DNA of 63,685 bases, filler included, from Phoronis australis (taxonomy: Eukaryota > Animalia > Phoronida): assembly GCA_002633005.1 (NCBI GenBank). It is 8 parts of 8 records of this genome, joined end to end, with 100 filler letters (N's around TTAATTAATTAA, not from the genome) between each part and the next. Parts side by side here need not be neighbours in the genome. Positions count along the whole stretch, not along the records: positions 48,794 to 55,835 come from NMRA01002080.1; positions 55,936 to 61,081 come from NMRA01002409.1; positions 61,182 to 63,685 come from NMRA01003645.1; 5 more parts are not named here. The stretch is one strand, 5' to 3'. The notes under the pieces are model-generated. The model did not search any database, had not been told where the DNA came from, and saw only the letters and a list, made by a program, of their open reading frames with translations. Position numbers and translations under genes: made by a program. This document shows positions 50,718-62,850 of this stretch, piece by piece. The number at the start of each line of letters is the position of its first letter. The first letter of the stretch is position 1.

Positions 50718-53700
50718 TTTACAAAATTTGTAAAGAGAATACGTCACGAATAGTTCGACGTCACCAATCGTATACATCAAATGCCAACTACCGGGAATTT
50801 CCGAAAATATAACCTCACCCCAAAGCAATTACGCTCATCGGCGTATTTTCGGAATATTTTCAAAAATTACATTCATGTGCGTATTTTCGGTAATTGCTTA
50901 AGCATGTCTTGAAAATTTGATGGACTCGTTCTAAACTCCGGATGTAATGTGTTTTGAAGTAAAGCTTTATTTCGACGAGATACATTTCGGAGTCGCAATT
51001 TCGCCCAAATGACTATCATCAGGAAGAGATGGTTATCTCTTCCTGCTATCATTTAACAATATTTTTGTTAATTTTGTTGGTAACTGAGATTATGAAGGAG
51101 AATTTTAACAAACTGTGTTTGCCGAATGCGAAATAAGCATGGACGAATAAAATTCTTACCAGTGAGATACAATTACATACATTAAAAAGGACGTGTTTGT
51201 TTAACAAAACTGCATCACAGTTTCGGAAAATACTCCCCTCCCCCTTTGAAAAAATACGCCCTATTCGGTATAATGGTTTAATTTGACGTTTTTCCATGGC
51301 CTGGCTTGTTTTAGTACACAGTCTGACCATATTTTTGCGACAGGATCGGCTTCATATTATCGAGTTGGTCGAAAGGGTGGCGATTTATTTGTTGTGAAGT
51401 GCACGTGTGATATTTTAGAGTGCAAACCACATAAATGGCATATGTGCATCACGGTAACATTTTAGACAGTCTGACGCATCCATAGCTTTCGTGGAACTGT
51501 AAGTACACTGTGTGTGTATTTGTCTTCAGTCAAATACACTTAGGTGGCTGCATCTTTAATAAGGTTTTGGCTAACGTTTCACCCATGCAGTAAAACTGTT
51601 ACCGAAATTTTGCGTAGATAAGCATACGGGCGTGTATTCGGAAAATGAAAATTTTCAGGCATTTTAGTAACACCGTTTATTTGATGTTACTAAAACGCCC
51701 GGGCGTTTATTCAGAAAAGAGGGGTTTAAACGGAGTCATAGTTTTGTCGACTTTGGTATAATTTACTTAAAATTGTGTTTTTAAATTTTATGTTAATAAA
51801 TGAATAGTTCATCAACACCTTGTTTATTTTTAGAAGCAATAAATGCTCCACAAAACTGAATTTGTGACAAAAAGTTGACGCTGAGTGGGCTTTAAGAGGA
51901 AAATTTCCGAATAAACGCCCATGGGGGTTTCATCGGGTGGGCTTGTCTACGGAAAATCCCGGCACGCTTGTCCCTGGTCCTACTTGCTACGTGTAATTTC
52001 TTCCATGTTAAAGACGGAGCAAACGCGTCAAAATTTTGGTAAGACTAACTTCTTGGCCTTGAGCGCCAATGAAGGCTTGTTCACGAATTTTCCAAAAAAA
52101 CGCCCGGGCGTGTCATATACCTTTTTTCATCTAGCACACATTCCATATGAAGGAAAGTGCAGTAAGTGACTAAGCTAAAAGCTTGATATACGATGTAATG
52201 AAATACCAGTTCCCGGCCTGTACCGCTTGAGACTGACCCGCCCCTATTCCCATAATTGTTTCTTTCCGTAGTTTCGCTGTCGCCTATTATTCGCCGGGTT
52301 GAAATTGCTTTCATTAAAATAATAGCGCGCGAAACTTTTTAATCTGTTTTTCATAAGTACAACTTGGAAGGAATCGGCAAATTTGACAACAAGTGTTGTA
52401 ATTACTAGTTTACACAGCAGTGTTTCTCTTGCGCCACTGATATGGGTACTGACAAGTTTGAAGAGACCGATCTTCGGCAATCATCATGGGGGTGCCCACT
52501 GCGACTGAAGCAATAACTGTAGTGTTGTGAAGCAGATTTTTTGGGACATATCATCAAATATATAGCGAAGCATGGTTCAACGAATGAGTGCTATTCATGT
52601 TAGAGTTGAAACTGCCGTGGAATGACTGCTGTGCTTGGATTTGGAATTCCGCTTATCTCATCCCAGATCACGCGTACTGCGTGAACTTGGAATTATTCAA
52701 TAAACAGGTTTATTTTTTGTTTTTAATTGTAAAGAATTTTTTTTATCGGCCCCAATATCACCAATTTTCTCCTTTTCCGTGACTTTTGTAACATAATCGG
52801 AGGAATGTGTGAATGGCTAATCAATTATGGTGACTAAGAATCACTAAGATCCCCGGCAATAGTTGAAAACACTCAAAACATGAGTAAAGGTTTGGTTCAA
52901 ATTGACATTGTTGACATTTACTCATTAACGTGTTATTTTCTTTAGTGAAGTGCAATTTTTTCAAAGTGAACGGGATTATTCGAGTAAACTTGCCTTTTTC
53001 CGAGGGAATTCTAAATTCGCCCATAAGCGATGTTGATGCACTCAAGTTCAGCCGGTCAAACAGAGCAAAATGACCAGCCTCTTCACTAGTAGATGTCGCT
53101 ACCAACCAACTTATGTTCTTTGCTTCTTGGGGATAAAAATTAGATGTGATTTGTTGATTTTGTGTTTTGTTTAGTTATGAACCAAAATAATTATCGGAAC
53201 GTTTAAATTGTGTCTAGTTGATATCTAAACTCTTTCACAAGGCTTGCAACTAAAAACAGCAAGAACGCAGTGGTGTAGACAGTCAACTGCCTTGCAGCTG
53301 GCATCACGGGTGGCCGGCGACACGTTCTCTGTAAAGTCAGCGTCGCTGTCACTGTCACCATACAAGAGAGCAGACTGAGCAGGTTAGCTGCTGCCGTGCC
53401 GTCAGCACGCTTCAGAGTAGCAGTCGACTCGAATCAATACCTACCCAGATCAGTGAGTGAGCCAGCTGGTGGTGAAGTGTATTTAACTGATCTGATACAG
53501 TTTAAAAAAATAAATGCGCAAACTTACATTAATTCCTTAGCTTTTAATTAGTATACACTACAGACTACATACTAGAAAACTACTAGTGACCAGGGTTTCA
53601 AAAGAGCTAGCAGTTCGTTATCACACGAGATCAGAGTCTATAAGTTGGCTTTTCACGGTGTGTCATTTTATGTGCCGAACATGGTCCTGTCATTTCATTA

Positions 53701-53940
53701 CTTTGCCAGAAATCACTTCCCATGGTGGTCTAAATCAAAAGTTGAGTTGGAAAGTAAGTGTGTGCACAGTTGACCTTCATTTTTCTCTCATCTCACTGAA
53801 GTTGTAATATCGATTTCATTCAAATACAACACCCCTAAATGGCCCTAATATCAGTTTGTATTGTTTTTCAGGTGGATTAGTAAAAGGCTTGGACACTTTC
53901 AGTGAATTGCCAACTCTAGAAAATAATGCACTGATGACGC

Positions 53941-54538
53941 ATGACTAGAATGGGTGTTGTCGGGGTGAACATTTGTCTTGCTGCAGTCCTGTATGGTGCT
54001 GCTATGACTTTGGCTGCTGATGTAAAGCCAAGGATTGAGAAATATATCCCTGACTACAACATATATCATAACCTCACTGCCATAAACACTCATCTGATGA
54101 AACTAGCCAGAGAAAATCCACGGTATTTAAAATTAGATGCAACAAAATACTCTTCTAAAGAGGGACGATCACAACCGTTGTTATTGCTCACAGACATCAG
54201 TGTCAAGTCATCGAAAATCAATGTGCTATTCTCTTATGGTGAACATTCCAGGGAGTTTTTCCCTGTCGAGTCTATGTTCCAGTTGATTGAAACGCTATTG
54301 GCTGGCGTCCACAGTGGTGATTTCCATTCAGCTAAGTTATTGTCAAGATTTAATGTTTATATTAGCGCAATGCTTAATCCCGATGGAAGGGCACACGTTG
54401 AAAAGACCAAGAATTACTGTTGGCGAGGTACGAGTGCTGGTGTGGACTTGAACAGGAATTTTGACTGGCGATACGGTGGAAAGGGAAGTTCTGGAAACCG
54501 AAATGACGAGGAGTATCGGGGTACTGCTGTGTTTTCTG
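53941..54538 (+). CDS. M14 zinc carboxypeptidase (CPA/B-like), first coding exon with signal peptide
   Basis: Acceptor at 53871/72; hydrophobic leader; GEHSRE (HxxE), NPDG, WR, GVDLNRNF, YRG..FS; GTATGT donor, phase 1. Confidence 0.92.
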
Positions 54539-54587
54539 GTATGTCCCTTAACCTTGTGTTCATTCGTTCTTGCAGCTGTATGAACAG

Positions 54588-54752
54588 CATAATATATTAT
54601 GTACATGCAGTACACACTAACAATATAATATATTAAGTACAGTACACACCAACAGTATAATATATTATGTACAGTGCACACCAACAATATAACGTATTAT
54701 TTAAAGTACACAAACAGTATAATATATTATGTACAGTACACACCAACAGTAT
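54588..54752. repeat. ~32-bp intronic minisatellite, ~5 copies
   Basis: AGTATAATATATTATGTACAGTACACACCAAC variants. Confidence 0.8.
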
Positions 54753-55295
54753 TCTAACAGAAAAGGACCCAGAATTTCTCGTCATGGCAGCTGAGCGGAA
54801 GCTAAATTCATCATCAGAGTAGTCTTCTCTCATGACCATGATTGAAGAGAAATTAAGAGCGAAGTTATTAAGGTGGCTAATACATTCTGTAAATGAAATG
54901 TTGCCTCCACAATAGATATCAGTCATTTTTGCTGTTCACAAAATTACCATGTCGAGAAAGCGGCATTTTGTCAGAATACCTTTGTCTTGTACTGTATGCA
55001 GCACCACGCTGTTTAAGGGATTTTCATAACAATAATGTTGAAATAATACTGATCATAAAAGTAAAGGATCAACATAGTTGCTTTTACTGGAAAACTGTAG
55101 GACAATCCCATGTGGGCATCTGGTGTCATTGTTCTATATCTTCTTCAACAGTTTGTTACTGAAGGATGACGTTGCTTTTAAACAAGAACGTCTCACTTAA
55201 TGTCTTGCTCATGCTTAGTTGTTTGTTAATATTCATTTTGCTTCATGTGACAAACGACAATTCCAATTGAAGATTTTAAATATAATTTGTTTCAG

Positions 55296-55397
55296 AGAAG
55301 GAGACGCAGCTGTTGAGACAGTTGACAGAGGATAAATCGTTCACAGCCTTTATATCATTCCACTCAGGCATCAAGCAGATCTATCTGCCGTACTCAG
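55296..55397 (+). CDS. M14 carboxypeptidase, next exon (third zinc ligand)
   Basis: TTTCAG acceptor; (E)KETQLLRQLTEDKSFTAFISFHSGIKQIYLPYS completes the FSEKET and xSFHS motifs; phase 1-1. Confidence 0.9.
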
Positions 55398-55835
55398 GTG
55401 CGATTCATACCAATTTTCTTGCTTGCTCAAATCCATGCTAGCCATCCCTCCCTATGTAGGTGAGAGGTTCCCAATTTACTGCCATTTTAGCAATTCCCCC
55501 CGCCATATGAAAAATGGTCAAATCCTGATTTTTTCAAATTTGTCCAAAAAATCACCTTTTTATGCACCCACATATTTATATTTCATAAATAATAGCATTT
55601 CTTCTAGTTTGAATACAAATAAAAAGTTATTTTAATTTACAGAAACGGCATCTTTAGACTGGCGAGAACACTTGCCAATATACATGACTAACCTCACAAG
55701 TGTTTTTATTTATTCAAGTTCCTAGTGATTTGAAATGAACTTCGGAATCCACTCTTGCGTTTCCTGGGTAGCAAGATTGTGTGCTCGGGAAACTGGTGCC
55801 AGGTTTTAACCAAGGGCTAATCTCCTGTATCTTGA

Positions 55836-55935
55836 NNNNNNNNNNNNNNNNNNNNNNNNNNNNNNNNNNNNNNNNNNNNTTAATTAATTAANNNNNNNNN
55901 NNNNNNNNNNNNNNNNNNNNNNNNNNNNNNNNNNN
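55836..55935. other. Artificial contig linker
   Basis: N44-TTAATTAATTAA-N44. Confidence 0.97.
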
Positions 55936-56041
55936 AAATTGAGAGCTAACTGTTGTGTCAGAAATAAGATTTATCTTTAACATTGTGTCGACAGTCGACT
56001 CTGTATGACTGTCTACTGGCAACATGTTTTGGGTTTTTTAG

Positions 56042-56137
56042 ATTGTTGGCTGTGGTTTTATTCGCCAACCTGTGAATTCAACTGAGCGTTACACCAAATG
56101 GGCCAACAGTCTTTCTCAAGAGCAACTTTATACTCAA
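56042..56137 (+). CDS. B3GNTL1: B3GNTL1/QTGAL-like GT2 glycosyltransferase, internal exon
   Basis: TTTTTTAG acceptor, GTAAGT donor; [32 protein letters not shown] resembles the recalled B3GNTL1 segment NSTERYTRW..L..EQL.TQ. Confidence 0.85.
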
Positions 56138-57036
56138 GTAAGTCATTTGTGTTGTTAACTATTATATTCCTGTGTGACTGAGCAGGTTTATTTCTATATT
56201 TTAGGGCATTTTAGACATAATTTATTGGGTTTGTTTAGTGCATCCCTTAGGTTCCCTGTTTTAATCATGATTCACTTAGTAATGGGCTTTAAGCTGCTTT
56301 GATGGTTTTTTAATTTCACATTCTCATTAGGTGTCCTGCCAGTTCTGGTTTATGTGTTTTGCAGCCTGTGCTAGAAACAGGTTTGCTCATCTCCTCCAGG
56401 AGAAAACAATAATAATTAGGGGAAGTGATGGCTAGTTCTTGTTACAATCATTGTGTGACACCGGTCCTGGCACCCTGTGTTCTAATCTCTTTACCTGACA
56501 CCAGCCCTGCCACCCTATGGGCTAATCTCTTTACATGAAACTCGACCCAGTGCACAACATGTTTTCGTGGAAACGAAAATGTTTTGTTCTCAACTCATCT
56601 CATGTGACTTGAATGGTTTTGTTTTGAATGTGACTTTGAGTTGAATGTTGAGTTCAGAGATTTGACCCAGGGAGGTATGTACTAAGTTCTCTATATTATG
56701 CCGTGGTCAGTTCAAAAGTAACAGGATTGGAAATTGGAACCAGACTTTGTATATTTGTTGACCAGTCCTCCTGGAAACTGTTTTATGGAAAGCTGTCAGT
56801 TTGTGTTTTTAGACTTGGGAATCTTAACATTGAAAAATGATATCAGTTTTTGGTTATAGCATTCATGCGCGCACCCAGCCTAAAAATGGGGGTTCGAATT
56901 TTTGAGCATGTGGATTGACAGGGTACGTTCATAACCACATTGATTATTGCATTGCATGCGCATGTAGGCAACTAGAAACCAACTGAGCCCACGTGTTACT
57001 ACCAAACATAAATTAATTGTTGTAAAACGGTAGGTC

Positions 57037-57251
57037 GCACATTCCTAATAACGCAGTCGCGTATTCCTAATAACGCAGTCGCATATTCCAAATTACGCTG
57101 TCACACATTCCTAATAAGGCAGTCGCATATTCCAAATTACGCAGTCACACATTCCTAATAACGCAGTCGCATATTGCTAATAACGCAGTCGCATATTGCT
57201 AATAACGCAGTCGCATATTGCTTATAATGCAGTCGCATATTCCTAATAACG
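57037..57251. repeat. 22-bp minisatellite, ~9-10 copies
   Basis: TTCCTAATAACGCAGTCGCATA variants. Confidence 0.9.
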
Positions 57252-57651
57252 TGAGCGTAATATACTTAAGATGATGTCTGTATATCATAAATGAGAGAAA
57301 GTTATTTCATACTTTTATTTACGTAAATAACACCACAAAAGAGCATGACGTCTGATAGTAACTTACTGAGGAATTGCATGTGCGGGAGGTCTAAGTGATG
57401 TAACATGGTTCCTGAAACGAAGATGGCTAGCTTTGTAAGTGCAGCATAGGTCGCTACATATAACTATGTTTGGAAAATAAAGGTCTTATTTTCATTAAAC
57501 ATTAATGTTATAATTTAACGTGATTGTTAAACTGCACACTGAATATGCAGCACACTTTTTGTATGTCGTTTACTGGTCGAAGAAATTTAAAACTTAGAAC
57601 ACTTTCAAGTAGAAGCCTTCGTGGAAGCTGGCAAATCTCGACACCACTTCT

Positions 57652-57768
57652 GAGAGGTCTATTGGCATGTTGTAATGAAGATGTATAAATGAGAGGTCTA
57701 TTGGCATGTTGTAATGAAAATGTATAAATGAGAGGTCTATTGGCATGTTGTAATGAAGATGTATAAAT
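57652..57768. repeat. 39-bp tandem repeat, 3 copies
   Basis: GAGAGGTCTATTGGCATGTTGTAATGAAGATGTATAAAT. Confidence 0.9.
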
Positions 57769-57769
57769 G

Positions 57770-58375
57770 TAAGTGGTTAGAGAGGATCTTCATTCATACT
57801 GGCACGTGTGAATGTGTAGAGACTGACACTTGCGCTGCGTTCACATGCATTACTAGTGACAGGTGATGTGCATGTGATATGCAGTAGTGTATGAATCGTT
57901 GGGATACATCATGCCATCGCTTGATTTAAATGCTGTCCTCAGTGTTGAAGGAAGCCGATCTTCAGGCATGTCCGAAAATTTGATGCGCCTTCTCAGTAAC
58001 TCGTCATCAACCGTGTCTGGAGAAGGAAGATCTGCAGCGTGTGTGTTTAAGGCCCCGATGTCTGCTGGCTATTTGGTGGTGGTCATAACACAAGGAACAC
58101 GACTAATCATATCGGCCACTTTTCTGTGTATCTCACAGAATTGCATTTCGAGTGGTTTCTAATGTGTGCAATAAATGGTATTGCCATGTTGATCCTGTAA
58201 TATTGCTCTGGGAGATGATCCAACTCAAAGTCACTATTATCCCGCTTGCTCTGGATTCGGTAAACGTGTGGCTTTGCTGGTGATATGTCAACTTATTCAG
58301 CCATACTGCTGGCAAACGTATAGTCACTGCTGAACGATGAATCCATTTCCAGAGGTATATGGTCGTACACACAGC
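57770..58375 (-). mobile_element. Decayed hAT transposase C-terminal region (Tip100/PRKRIR-like), intronic
   Basis: Minus-strand frames give PEQYYRINMAIPFIAHI, DLPSPDTVDDEL, LPSTLRTAF..MYPN, PVTSNACERSAS (hAT dimerisation motif); stops and frameshifts present. Confidence 0.78.
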
Positions 58376-59308
58376 TGGTCTGGCTTATCATGTTATAGAC
58401 ATGTAATATAAGTTACGCTTTAATATTGACAATTTTTAACAAACAAATGCAGAAAACAACTGAAAAGTGCTTGAAGATCCTTTAACTCAATGTTTGAGAC
58501 TGCTTACAGAAAATCTGAAAAATTGTCCAGATGTCCTGTCCAATCCCTGGGATTCCTGTTTGAAAGGTCGCGGTTTATGTTTTTCAGGTTGGTTAGCTGT
58601 TTTGAAGGTGCAGGAGTCTGTTTTGGACTCCGGGATATCTGTTTTCACTGGAGTTCCTGTTTCGATTGAACACCCTGTTGCCAGTTGTTTGTAAACACAT
58701 AGAAAAACTTCAATCAATGTTTGTGGGACCTTTTAGAAACGGACTGTTAAGCAATCTTCAGGAATCTTAAAATAGTAAGGTAATAGACGTTTTGGGAAGA
58801 AATGCTGAAAATATTCAATGCAGGAAACTGAAGTTTATGAACCACTTTAAGGTCCAGTATATTTTTGTCTCCCTTGGCAGACCTTTATGTGCATAGCACC
58901 ACATGATGGCTTGAGCTCCCCCTCTTCATTGATTTTAGAGCTATGAATTGTTTATTGGTCGAATTTTGGTAGTTCCTACCTTTTTATTGCACTTTTATCT
59001 CATTTTCTACTTTTTTCAGAGTATTTGTCTTTTTTGTTTTTCTGAGGCGGATCTTTTTGCCCACTTCACCAAATGGGGAGGCTCATTTGATCCCCGAGCC
59101 CCCCCTGGGAGCACGCATGACATTGTTATTAGAAATGAAATGAAAACATTTTTCACCATAACATCATATTCACACACTGTCAGATGTGTTGCTGAATATC
59201 ACCAATGACAACCAATAAGTGACTCCACAGCTAACTCCATTACTTCAGCTTGTTAGTTTATGTTGCCATTATCTCTGTCTGGGCTTACTGTTTTCTGTCA
59301 TCTGCTCA

Positions 59309-59437
59309 GCGTCCCCTGCTGCATGGCGCGTCCCCTGCTGCATGGCGCGTCCCCTGCTGCATCGCGCGTCCCCTGCTGTATCGAGCGTCCCCTGCTGCAT
59401 CGCGCGTCCCCTGCTGCATCGAGCGTCCCCTGCTGTA
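59309..59437. repeat. 19-bp GC-rich minisatellite, ~7 copies
   Basis: GCGTCCCCTGCTGCAT(G/C)G(C/A) variants. Confidence 0.9.
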
Positions 59438-59579
59438 TTGTGCAGGACCTTTGTGAAAATTATTATGTTTTCCGATAAAGCTGAAAACAACTGACCATGT
59501 GTTTCAGACTGATCTCACTACCATAGGTGTTAATTTGTATTAATTGTATTTTTTGTCTTAACGTTAATAAATTGTATTA

Positions 59580-60295
59580 CTACTACCATTATGGCCCCTA
59601 GTGGCAATTTTAGTTTTTGATGCTTAACTCTGTATAACTTGGGATGTATCGTCTCATATCCTTCGGGTTTTCTACGAATGTAACAACAGATGATGATGAC
59701 GATTTTCAGGCAGATCTGGATACTGGTGTGCCCTCTAGTGGATTTTTTTGCATTTACACCTGTATTATAGTTTCGTGACAGAATTTTGTGGATTTTTGCA
59801 TATAGGTTTCTGTTAGGTAAACAACAAATGTTTTAGGACTGATTAGACATATTCTGCACTACTTGTGGCCATTAATAGTTTCATTAGCTTTTCCATCCAC
59901 CAAACTACTTTTAGGATCTGTTTTCCAACAAGCATTTGCACGACTGACGTTGATTTTCTGACAGGCTTGACTACTATTGGCAATGTTTTTACATTTACAA
60001 CTGTATCTCTTGAACCACTTGCAGGATCGTTATGAACTACCGCTGTACCTCATAGTGGCAATTCTTTTTGTTATGTTTGCCTTTGTATCTTTGAAGTCCC
60101 AGGACGGATTTTCATAAAATTTTGCGAATAGGTTTCTTAGTGGACGACGACGAGGCCCTCTTAATTTTGGACACAGGTTCAAGGCATTCTGCACCATCCA
60201 GCTAGTGTCCTTTTTGATAGTAATAAACATCCATCGAAGCATACTGTTTGCTGTGCTGTCACGGGCGCATTTCAATGCTTTGCTTGCTCTTGTAT
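59580..60295 (+). mobile_element. Third copy of the composite ~150-bp-unit repeat element
   Basis: GCCCCTAGTGGC motifs, ACAACAGATGATGATGAC unit sequence, 3' end GGGCGCATTTCAATGCTTTGCTTGCTCTTGT. Confidence 0.55.
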
Positions 60296-60366
60296 AATTT
60301 AGTGCAAGGCTGGTTTTTGCGTATAATCTATATGGTGTCATATTGAATTGTTTACGTTACCTTCAG

Positions 60367-60462
60367 GCATACACATCTCATGGACCCACCGTTATCATGC
60401 CGTCTTGGTTCTGTAAGAGAGATGTCTTCATGAAAGTGGGACAGTTTGTGGAATCTGGCAAG
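60367..60462 (+). CDS. B3GNTL1: B3GNTL1/QTGAL-like, next exon
   Basis: CTTCAG acceptor, GTAATT donor; [32 protein letters not shown]; phase 0-0. Confidence 0.9.
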
Positions 60463-60589
60463 GTAATTAATCAACTATTTTACTCTTGATGAGGTTTCAC
60501 TGTTACTTAAAAATGATTTCAATGTCTAGGCATTTTGTTCACCGTAAAAGTTTTGATGTTCCATTTTTATTTTATCATAATCACTGTAG

Positions 60590-60714
60590 GGCTGCCCTGA
60601 AGACCTCATTTTCTTTTACGAACACCTGAAGCTCGGTGGCCAGCTGTTCAAAGTGAATGAAAGACTGATGACTTACAGATACCACCAGGGGGCAGCATCA
60701 TTCTCTGTAAATGA
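60590..60714 (+). CDS. B3GNTL1: B3GNTL1/QTGAL-like, next exon (GT2 ED motif)
   Basis: TGTAG acceptor, GTAAGT donor; GCPEDLIFFYEHLKLGGQLFKVNERLMTYRYHQGAASFSVN. Confidence 0.9.
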
Positions 60715-60900
60715 GTAAGTTGTGGGCTGAAGGGTATTTTAGTGTCAGACATGAAGTTTCATTGGGGCTCTGAAATGTTAGAATTTAAAAAGTGCTGTAG
60801 AACATCAGGATGCTCATTATCGTGTTTCATGTGACATGTAAGTAGCTGTGGCTCAGTATTTGTTTATGCTGTCTGTAATTCTATTGCGGTACTTTGCATT

Positions 60901-61081
60901 CATACTGACCACAGCACTCTGTTTTTTTATACTGACCACAGCACTCCTGTTTATACTGACTGACTCCGTTGGTTATACTGTATACTGACGACAGCACTCT
61001 GTGTTTATACTGACTACAGCACTCTGTGTTTATACTGACTACAGCCCTTTGTGTTTATACTGACTAGAGCATTCTGTGTTT
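60901..61081. repeat. ~25-bp minisatellite running into the contig end
   Basis: TATACTGAC(T/C)ACAGCACTCTGTGTT variants. Confidence 0.85.
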
Positions 61082-61181
61082 NNNNNNNNNNNNNNNNNNN
61101 NNNNNNNNNNNNNNNNNNNNNNNNNTTAATTAATTAANNNNNNNNNNNNNNNNNNNNNNNNNNNNNNNNNNNNNNNNNNNN
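61082..61181. other. Artificial contig linker
   Basis: N44-TTAATTAATTAA-N44. Confidence 0.97.
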
Positions 61182-61606
61182 TTAAGTTGACTTTGGCGAA
61201 GAATTACAACTCCACTTTTTTGTTGCCGTTAATTTTATCACCGCGTGCACGATAGCCGCAAAGCATGTCAACTGAATCATGTGAGTTAGACAAGGGTTAG
61301 CGCGAGACTGAGCGAAGCGCGTGACGCTAGCGCGCGACACTTGTAAAATAACATGAGAAGGTATCGGGTGAAACTTGTAAGACGTGTGTCCCTTGGACTT
61401 TTTATTCGTCAACATGCGTACTTTTCACGTAACTTCCTCAAAATGGCACCCGGTAACTGAGAGAAACTCGAGCAAACCGCGACAGATTTTCATCGATTTG
61501 TTCAAGTTTTGCTGACTGAATTGTATCCTGAGTCGTGGTATGTGTTAATTGTAACTCCGTGTTCCTATATGTATGGTTCATTTGATTTTATTTGCTGTAT
61601 TTTGAA

Positions 61607-61935
61607 ATGAGTAACTTTTTGTGAGGATGTACTATCGCCCCTGAATGCCTGCGGCGTCCAGTGCGATGTGATTGCCTAGGGGCCATCGTGTGTGCAGCGA
61701 ACATTTTCCTGGTGGAAAAAAGACTTATGAGAACAACATTCCGACGGAGTTTCCTCTTAAAATTGACGTCTCTAGCATATCCACGGCGAAAGCTACAAAA
61801 GTTAAGCAACCCAAGAACTCTCAACTTGTCTGAAACCGGAGGAGATTTCGAAATCAACGCCGATAGCCCCAAATACTGAACATGACGACAGTCGTGCCCT
61901 CGGTCACACGGTCACTGATCATAGCTACGCTGTGT
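61607..61935 (+). pseudogene. THAP-domain remnant, probably from a THAP-bearing DNA transposon
   Basis: GHRVCSEHFPGGKKTYENNIPTEFP from 61681 (CSxHF..P); DHSY at 61917-61928 in another frame; N-terminal half disrupted. Confidence 0.65.
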
Positions 61936-62744
61936 TTACAAACGAGAGAGAGGACTTGCTTGGTATTATAAAGCAAAAAAATGAAACGTGGTTTTTAGTT
62001 TGCAAATCACTCCAAATGCACACACTATCCAGCCTGCTCAAGACATGCCTGACCACAAGCTATCCCATGAGCCTTCGCGAAGGAAGTAACTCGCACATAC
62101 GCAATGCGTAGTTCGTCTGCGCTGCAAATCCGCTATTGGTTAACCGCTACACGGGATGCAGAATTTTACCCTTACCCTTCCACAATCAAAGCAATGCACT
62201 GCGTGGTTAACTAGTCATAAGACTTATAACTATCGTCAGGTCAAATCAATATACCAATGAATTGACCTCCCGGAGAGTGTCGCCTTCCCGACTGACACTC
62301 GAACTGAAAACGTGACACGCAAGTATTATCAACGTGATCAGCTGATAAGACGGTTAGCAGTAGATAAAACGGTATCAACTCATTGGAAAAGATGACGTTT
62401 TGAATGCGTCCGATGTTACACGGGTAGCACATGAACTATCACTTCTGTATGTGCCCAACTAAGTGGTCACTAAACAATGGTAATTAACTAAATCACAGGA
62501 TTCGATTTCATTCCCTTTGTATGCAACTAGCGGAGTAAAGAGATGAATTCAGTTAACATCAGAAATGTGCCACTCTCTGTCTGAAATAACGGCATACCTG
62601 TCGTGGGCCTACTGACATGCCGCGGGACGACATCAGCCCACGTTCACCGATATCCATAGTCCGTAGCCAGGACGAATGACCGAACACTTTTTCACCTCTG
62701 CCGCCGCACACCCTGTCATGCATATTTGACTGAGTTATGAGTAA

Positions 62745-62850
62745 ACTTANTATGTTCCAAAAACTTAAGTTTTTTCGCCAAAAACTTAAGTTTTCAGCGA
62801 AAAACTTAAGTTCATTTTTGTAAGGGGCTGTACGGGGCCGCTTGTAAATA
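62745..62850. repeat. AAAACTTAAGTTTT motif cluster with a probable element terminus
   Basis: Follows a single N; same motif as 38025-38400; ends ..GGGGCCGCTTGTA. Confidence 0.55.

Noticed and set aside
8042-60714. FN3, CAP-ShK, carboxypeptidase and glycosyltransferase genes as a secretory or venom gene cluster
   Set aside because: They lie on different contigs separated by artificial linkers; linkage is unsupported
57037-61081. Short tandem arrays as CRISPR or coding repeats (including ORFs 59219-59494)
   Set aside because: Head-to-tail minisatellites with no unique spacers, inside B3GNTL1 introns; frames are open because of low complexity
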